Below are positions 10,297 through 20,000 of a stretch of DNA of 20,000 bases, piece by piece. The translations under genes were made by a program, and so were the position numbers. The stretch's first letter is position 1. The number at the start of each line of letters is the position of its first letter. The notes under the pieces are model-generated. The model did no database searches, was not told the DNA's origin, and worked only from the letters and a program-made list of their open reading frames with translations. Source of the stretch: Toensbergia leucococca (lineage: Eukaryota); assembly GCA_022813965.1 (NCBI GenBank), contig JALDZS010000102.1, positions 61,982 through 81,981 of the forward strand, read 5' to 3'.

Positions 10297-11004
10297 ATGC
10301 TCTTCCACGGTCTCTACCTAGTCTTTGCTATCTTCCTCTCTACCGTCTTGTCCCAAACAATACCAGGCTTCCTGCCCTCCAGCAGCGAAACTCTGACCGT
10401 GACCTTTGCCAACAACATCGAAGTCAGCCCTCCTGGAATATTGCTCTTGCAATCAGGCAAGCTTCTTCGCCCTTGACCATTTGCAAGGCTTACTAACGCA
10501 GCAACAGAAGTTGCAGACCAGCCCGAGCTCACAGCTAGCCGCAAAGATTCTCCCCAGGCAACATACATGGTCTTTATGATTGACATCGACGCTGTATACG
10601 ACAAAGCAGCAACCACCTTCCTTCAATGGTACCAACCTGACCTCAGCATCGACTATTCCAGTTACGAATTCACCAACTCCAATGAGACGAACAACGGGGC
10701 CGTGTACATTTCTCCCATGCCTCTGCCTAGCTCTACTCATCGCTACATATTGGTTCTCTTCGCCGAGCCTCCGGGTTATAAGCTACCAAGTTGTTATCAG
10801 GCCATCTTGTCCGTCTCACCTTTACCTAGGTTTGGTTTCGATATCCTCGAATTCATACAGGTGGCTGGCCTAGGTAGTCCCGTTGCTACGAATTACTTGA
10901 AGGTGTCTAACAGTGAGCCGGCCACTACGACGCAGGTGATCACTACTACGAGCTTAAGTTCGGCAAGCTGTGCTAAGACAAAGCGGGCAATGTTACGCTC
11001 CTAA
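10297..11004 (+). CDS. Secreted PEBP (phosphatidylethanolamine-binding protein)-like protein, ~218 aa, 2 exons: 10297-10456, 10508-11004
   Basis: Signal peptide MLFHGLYLVFAIFLSTVLSQ; LTVTF..VSPPG..L; YMVFMIDID; YISPMPLPSSTHRYILVLFAEP; RFGFDILEF..AGLGSPVATNY match the PEBP fold motifs. Needs one GC-AG intron with a perfect TACTAAC branch site. Exon sum 657 nt. Confidence 0.82.
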
Positions 11005-12226
11005 GGTCTAGTCTGTCGCTGTTGTTGATGTGATCGTTTGCTTATAGAAGTTGGGGGGAGAAGAATCGATGGGATAGAAGCAAGGATACTGTTTACGGTA
11101 ACATCGTATTTGCCAGATTAGCTCCAGCTGCAAAAGCCAAGAATCGATTGCTTATGACACTGTCCCTTTGTCTGAAAATTTTTGGCTGGCAGCTCAAAAA
11201 CGCACGGTACTATCATCAATCTTGCAGGAAACCTTGGCTGCTTATCTACGCAGCCACCAGAAAGTGCAAGCCATATTCCGAACAAGCCATCGTAAAGTAA
11301 AACCTATCTCAAAAAGGCCAAAGTAGGTTCCAACGCATCGACTTATAATTCCTCTACTTTCCTCCTGAAGCATCCTAGGCACAAATGGACTAGGTCTTTC
11401 ATACCAACCCTAACATTGTACATTCCCACCTGCAAGCGTTTCAACTTCCCTCACAATATCTTCACAAACCATCAATCATCATTCCAAAAGCCACCGTAGC
11501 CAACAAACACATAATCCCACATTACCATCCCCACCTCCTTTGCCATCAAAAACACCCCAAGCCCCCATCATAACCGCAAACAGAATCCCCAAAACACCGC
11601 CATACAACCCACCCTCAATGAATCCAGAAAATCCATTCCAACCCTCACATCCCCGATCATGCATTCCCCTAAAAAATCAAGCACATTAACCCCAACTCCC
11701 AACCCTAATATCCCTCACCCCAACCCCCCTCCCTCCTCCCACCAACACCAACTCCCTCACTCAACCACACCAACTCCTCCCCCTCAAAAGACATTCTCAC
11801 GCCCATGATCCCAAGCAACAGGCGCAAAGCTAGATCTTTCTCAACCTCGGTTGAGGGGGATAGTTTTGGCTTGAGCTGTTGTTGGGGGAGGAAGTTTCGA
11901 AGCGTGGTTTTGGTTTCGGAGAGGGGGGTTGGTGTTGGGTTTTTTGTGGGTGAGAAGGGGGCTTGTTAGTGGATGCTTGTCAGTCGACGCGATAGGTGCT
12001 GATTGGATTGCTCTGCTGGTGGTGATTTGGGGTGGGGAGCGGGTGGGTTTTGGAATTGGGGGGTTTGGATGGTGGGATTTTGTGTGTGGGGGTGGTGGGG
12101 TGAAGGTGAGGTTGGGAGGTGTGGACGTGGAGGTGTTTGAGTGGGAGGGAGATGTGAGGTTTGGAAGTGGTTGACCGACGAGAGAGTATATAATGCAAAT
12201 GCAAGGGGGATAACCAGAGAAGAACT

Positions 12227-14575
<2,349 letters not shown>

Positions 14576-15379
14576 GGTGAGTCTAGCAAGCAAAGCAAAG
14601 GGCAGTAGGAATCAAATCAAGCAAAATTGTAGGCAGTAGAAGTTCCAAAATGTTTCATTGCCGCTACTGCTGAACCGGAAAGGACGTTAGATGTACACAT
14701 CAACACAGAATCCAAGATACATGGTTATATGAAGCAATTCTCTTCGCGAGCTCAAGCATTTGCCCGAGGGCGGGGAAGTGAGGAAGCAAAAGCGAGCGGA
14801 GACGGACACCGGCAGCCTGACTAGGGTCTAGAACCCCGTCCACGATCTTTTGTATCTTTACGAGTTCAAAGCATAGTACAGTCTATCTTGCAATCAATTC
14901 GCAATCATCGCTTCTCCTTCTCCCTTTCTGTCTCCCTGGTTATTCTCTTTTCTTCTGAGAAATGGCAGGGACAGATTTTGCATAGACATATTGTCTGGCT
15001 GGCTTGGCGCAGTTAAGTGTGCCAAGTGCCCCAGGCGGACCATCTTACGCCGGTCAAATGAGGACGAAAGTTTTCTTGCTTCTTATCCCCTTCCTCTACC
15101 AACACCACCCCCCGTGAATGGTCGCGAGGAGACTCATGAATAGTATCATAATGAACTGATAATCGCAAGACCAAGTATCCTACAGCCTCTTGTCGGAAAG
15201 CTCGGCTTTCACTCTGAAGGGCATTTCTTTCTTTATTGCCTTTCACCGAGCGTTTCTGTCACTCATCACTATTGGTTCCTGTTCGTATCTACAATACCTA
15301 CCTTCATACGCTGGTCATTACTGCCATTGAACACCACGTTTGCACACCCGCAACTATCTAGAACGTCCTCTGGCTCAAG

Positions 15380-17192
15380 ATGTTAGCTTCAACTATGCTC
15401 GCGAAGCGACGGAAGGAGAAAAATTCAAAGGGATCTGCCAGGCAAAACGTCAAATTGAGGCCTTTGCCTAGCAGAGATCAATCCAATCAAGACGGTGCAT
15501 CAGAACTGCCTGTCTACAATCACAATGGTCACAAAGTTGCAAAAGGCATACAACCTGACGGGGAAAGTGGTAGAAAAGGCTTCCATCCATGGCAATTTGT
15601 CAAAATTTGCTGCCGAAGTACAAGTCCAGTGTCCCAAGCCGTCAATTTATTGTGGCCTTTTGTTCCTGTTGCCCTCGCTTTTCATTTTGCACGACCCAAT
15701 CTCCATTTATGGATTTTTGCTCTAAATTACATAGCCATGGTGCCGACTGCGAATTTGGTAGGATTTGCTGGTCAAGAGCTAGCTAGAAAAATTCCTAAAG
15801 TCATAGGTACATTCCATGCGTCGAAAATTTCATTTTGGCTTTGCTGATGCCCTGGCAGGTGTGATTCTAGAGACCTTCCTGGGGAGCATCGTCGAGATAG
15901 TACTGTTCATGGTGTTACTTCATAACAGCAATATCGGTAAACACAGCCTAATTCCCGTCATTCAAGCCGCCATTCTAGGTTCAATTCTTACGAATCTGCT
16001 CTTATGTGTTGGAATGTGCTTTTTCGTTGGAGGCATATGGAGAGAGGAACAGGAATTCCACGAAGCTATAAGCGAAGTGGGTTCTGGGCTCCTGCTGGTT
16101 GCAGGCTTTGGGTTGCTAGTCCCGAGCGCCTTCTACACCGCTTTATCAGGAAGAGGAAGCGACAATGACGATGTGCTTCGAGGAGACGTCCTAATGATAA
16201 GTCGAGCTACCTCGGTAATTTTGCTGGTAGCATTTGTTCTGTATGTTTTCAGATGTCTCCGTATTCTTCTTGAGATTGAAGCTGACTCAAAGACAAAGGT
16301 ATGTCTGGTTTCAAGTGCGAACGCATAACGGCATATATGCAGATATCTTAGAACAAGATGAGCGGAAAGACACAATAGATCATAATAAGGAATTGAAAAA
16401 AGACAAGCTTACATTCACGGAATGTATCGTCGCTCTCGTCATTGCATTGACGTGTGTTTCCATGCATGCTGTCTTCCTTGGTGGGTTCATTTTCTATTGA
16501 GATCAAAGATATCTGAAATAGGACATGATCAGCTAAGGAAAGCAAACAATCCACAGTCCAGGAAGTTGATTATATTAAACACAACGTAAGCGATAGCTTT
16601 CTGGGCCTGATATTGGTGCCTTTGGTCGAAAAGGTAAAACCTCTGAGAGACTGAAGCTCTCTAGTCCCAAAGGCAGCTTCTCAATGGACTGACGCAATGC
16701 TTTAGTTCGCCGAACACCTCAGTGCTATAGACGAGGCATATGACAACCGAGTTTCTCGCTCCTCAATCAACTGTTCATAAATCTCGAAGCTAACAATTAC
16801 AGATGAATTTTGCCTTGGCCCATGTTCTAGGAGCAACGATCCAAACAGCCCTATTGAACTCTTCCCTCGTAGTACTCGTTGGCTGGGGCCTAGGAAAACC
16901 CATGGCAAGAATCTGTTTATTCATCAAAGCAGGAGCAAACAACTAACTCGAATAGGACCTCAATTTCGAGATCTTCATGGTGGTCTGTTTGATTCTCGCC
17001 ATCCTTGTGGTCGGTAATTTCCTGCGTGATGGCAAGTCGAATTATCTCGAAGGAGGCCTATGCGTGTTGGTGTACTGCATCATCGCTATCACGACATGGT
17101 ATTACCCTGGCTCGGCCGCTGATACAAATGATGGTGTGGATGCCAGCGAGGGAGGTGCGAATATTACATCAGGCTCCAAGCGATTCCGGTAG
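15380..17192 (+). CDS. Ca2+/H+ exchanger of the CAX/Vcx1 family, ~483 aa, 7 exons: 15380-15806, 15859-16240, 16299-16480, 16557-16633, 16706-16750, 16803-16904, 16956-17192
   Basis: NLLWPFVPVA, IFALNYIAMVP, ETFLGSIVE, VIQAAILGSILTNLLL, YVWFQVRTH, FLGLILVPLVEKFAEH, MNFALAHVLGATIQTAL, DGKSNYLEG. Exon sum 1452 nt; last intron is GC-AG. Confidence 0.93.
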
Positions 17193-18588
17193 ATGGGCAA
17201 CCCGTATCTTGTGCATCTTGTACCGCAATTAGCCGGCTTGGCGTGATTGATTCCTGGGGATTGCATGCCTTTATGGCTTTTGGGGGACTCTTTTTTCTCT
17301 CGAGTCTTGATATGTGAAGGCACTTTTTGAGGATTACGATGGCGGGGGTTTGTATGCTACCGCTTTTCCAACGACCGTCGATGAATGATGTGCTACTTCT
17401 TGCATTGTAGCGGCGGTGGGAGTGGCAAGTTTGGTTTCAGAGCATCCTTTTCTCCTATTGGCGAATAGTGAAGCATGATGCGTACCAAGGCCACCATTGT
17501 CTTTGGTATTCCTACCTATCTTGCAGTAAAGCCCATACAACTGAACCTGGAGTTCGCTGTTAGCTGGTCTACCTAACTCATTTTTGTTCGAAGGTGTGAA
17601 ATAAAGAACTTTTCCTTTGGGATGGTTTTTCATCTTGAGGAAATGTACAGATTTTTTATCTTTGTATATCGTTGACTTTAGAGTTCGAGATAGTCTAACC
17701 TGCTACCCGTAAAGGGGGTGGTATTAGATACATTTCGCGCTATTTGGAAAGACGTTGGGATTGTACGGGATGAAAGTTCTTGGTGAAAGGGATGTGAACG
17801 GGAAAGGGTATTATGAAGATTGTTTGCTAGCTAGTCCTGCCTATCACGAAAAAAATCCCTCCAACTCCCCTCTGAAGCGCACAAATAAATAGCTATCTTT
17901 ACCCCTCAGACTCCTCATCATGCAAAAGGGGTACATCCCACTCGAGGGGCCATTTGCATCTGTAGAGAGCGGTTGTTTGCAGGTCTAAGAGAGTAATTCG
18001 GTCCGCCTTTTCCTAGGGTAGGCAAATTTGGAGGATGGATGGTGGCCAGAGTAATCGGCTTTCGTCCATGAATGTGCGGATAGAGGACCATTGACGACCT
18101 ATAGGGGAAAGGGGGGGTAGGTTCAGGACAAGAACGACTTTGGTGGCGGGGAAGGTCGAAATGTGCCTGTGATTTTGGTTCTAATGACGACTTTGATGCA
18201 CTACTTTATATGGTAATAAGCAGTTATCATTACCCTTGCGAGTTGCGACACGGTATCCAAGCTGTTCGATAGCTTTCGTGTCTCCGACGAAGCCTCTGAG
18301 AGGAGTCGCATACTGGGTTGAAAAAGAGGCTTGCTAGGCGTGAAGATTGGGATTTTGCCGAGTCACTGATCTTTATAGGGTCGACTGAACCTCAAGAGAT
18401 TCTCGAAACACCTAGAGACACCGTCTGGAAAATCTAGCAGCCATGGAAAGTGTTACCCAGAAACACGGGGAAGTATCGTGTTAGGTAAATTCAACCGCTA
18501 GAGTTGAGATAAACGGAGGTGGTTGATCTCTTCTTTGACATCGATGCGGATCCACGTTTGCAGGTTTCGAGGGATCAGAGTGGTAGCT

Positions 18589-19546
18589 TCACAAGTTACC
18601 GCCAATCCAGTCCCACCATTGCGCGACGTCTGGGCCATCTGTGCCCAGTACATTCCCGCCAGCTACAGTCACCGCGACATTGACTTCTTCCATCTGCGAA
18701 AATTCGAACTTGCCCTCGCCACCATCGCCTAGCCAGTCCTTCTCTTCACCTACGCCTACATCATTCATGCCTATACCAGAGTCCAGTAATCCCTTGTTTC
18801 TCGAGGTCCGCACCTTGGAAATTTCTGCCTCCAATGCTGACTTCACTAGTGGAGCTGGAAGGGCTGTGAAAAGATCTAACTTATTCGCAGCTATAAGAAT
18901 AGGCAATTCCTTCGGTGCTTTTGATGTTTTTGAGCCAGTAGACCTTTTCTGCAGAAGCAGTAATATGTCGTGCAAGTATTCGGACGTCTCTCGGAGACTC
19001 TCACTACCGATAATACTGTTTCCAGTGGATACATCTGCAGCATCCACCAAGAATATGATTCCCTTCAAATTCGGTGGTTTGACTATGCTATCCAGGGCGT
19101 GATGCCGCAGTTTACCATGCCCAGGTGTATCGATAAGTAAGAACCGTTTATGAACTTGCAGAGATGGGTCATTCGTAGAGCGGTATCTTGACGACGCTGT
19201 AGTAGTGGTGACGGGTAGAGAGACTTCGACAGTCAGTGGTGCTTGGGATGTATGTGTGTCGGCATGTTTGCCCCGTTCGAACTGCTCAGAAAGGACACAT
19301 CAGCTTAGGGTTTCGCAATGAGATATGTCAAAGTCTTACAAGTGTAAGTAGAGATGTCTTGCCGGAGCCACTAGGACCTATCAGGAGGAAAGATGGGAGG
19401 GTTGTTGCAGAAGCGGAGCGGTATAATACGAAATGTAGGAAAAGGGGAATGGAGAGCACAACTAGTGCAGTAATGGTTATGACCAAAAGCGAAGGGTCCA
19501 TCATAGAAGACAGCCAGCTCTGCGAATCAGTCCAGGATGGAGCCAT
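18589..19546 (-). CDS. SRP102: Signal recognition particle receptor beta subunit, ~299 aa, 2 exons: 19546-19340, 19281-18589
   Basis: N-terminal transmembrane helix, P-loop GPSGSGKT, THTSQ, DTPGHGKLR, IIFLVDA, AANKLDLFTA, ALEAEISKVR. Exon sum 900 nt. Confidence 0.93.
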
Positions 19547-19795
19547 CTTTCTTGATTCAGGTGGGAGATTGTGAGCGGACAGGTTTGGCTAGGAGGCACA
19601 GGCTAGCCAACAGTTGGTCGGCTCCTTGAATCTCCGGAGCCGATGGCCTTCGTCGTCGTCACTTTATGTGGCTGATGGTGAGGCGACAAACAAGAGAAAG
19701 ATAACCTGAGCTAGAAGTCTTGCGCTGCTCCAGTTGCTCACTCAGTCATAGCCATGTTGTGACAATTGAAGTCCTCAACTTCGACGCGACCCGCT

Positions 19796-20000
19796 ATGGT
19801 AAAGCAGCCTACATCCTCTGAAGGTGCATCTACGCCAGGCTTGCCAAATGGGAAAGCTTCTGCAGTACCACCAAGAGTCAGCCCGGACAAACATGTGGAG
19901 CTCGACAACATGGATCCATCAGAACAAAAACTCCCTCTCCAGGAGGATATCATGCAGCTAGCTAGGTTGGGAGAAATTGGCCCCGTTCAAACGCTATTCC
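19796..20000 (+). CDS. AKR1: 5' end of ankyrin-repeat DHHC palmitoyltransferase Akr1 (partial, runs off the window)
   Basis: Open frame from ATG 19796: MVKQPTSSEG...VELDNMD...LPLQEDIMQLARLGEIGPVQTLF, which resembles the start of the first ankyrin repeat of filamentous-fungal Akr1. The DHHC domain is not in the window. Confidence 0.75.
   Translation, partial: MVKQPTSSEGASTPGLPNGKASAVPPRVSPDKHVELDNMDPSEQKLPLQEDIMQLARLGEIGPVQTLF

Noticed and set aside
6326..11708. Isolated TTAGGG/CCCTAA hexamers (~6326, ~11408, ~11703)
   Set aside because: Single copies, not tandem telomeric arrays.
17200..18580. 1.4-kb region between convergent genes with a 99-aa ORF (17334-17633) and short coding-looking fragments
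   Set aside because: No recognisable motif, spliced model, RNA gene or terminal repeat; would need a homology search.

Overview
Gene-dense, intron-containing eukaryotic DNA from a filamentous ascomycete (Pezizomycotina; short 46-87 nt introns with CTRAY branch sites). I reconstructed eight complete genes and one partial gene by hand. In order: NOSIP-like RING/U-box protein (-), tafazzin (+), annexin (-), secreted acid sphingomyelinase-like metallophosphoesterase (-), secreted PEBP-like protein (+), FAD-dependent phenol 2-monooxygenase (-), Ca2+/H+ exchanger (+), SRP receptor beta subunit (-), and the 5' end of the Akr1 palmitoyltransferase (+). I recognised no tRNA, rRNA, transposon or CRISPR. 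Most notable: (i) 4 of the 22 inferred introns, in four consecutive genes, need a non-canonical GC donor, and three of these are exactly 51 nt; (ii) repeated C-rich to G-rich strand-skew domains that ignore gene orientation, one centred on a small palindrome; (iii) other splice-site oddities (a donor regenerated by splicing, tandem donors in the tafazzin catalytic motif, stop-free 3n introns); (iv) a possible Ca2+/membrane-lipid (membrane repair) theme among neighbouring genes. Product calls rest on motif recognition, not database searches. I found no clearly novel system; the findings are hypotheses to test.
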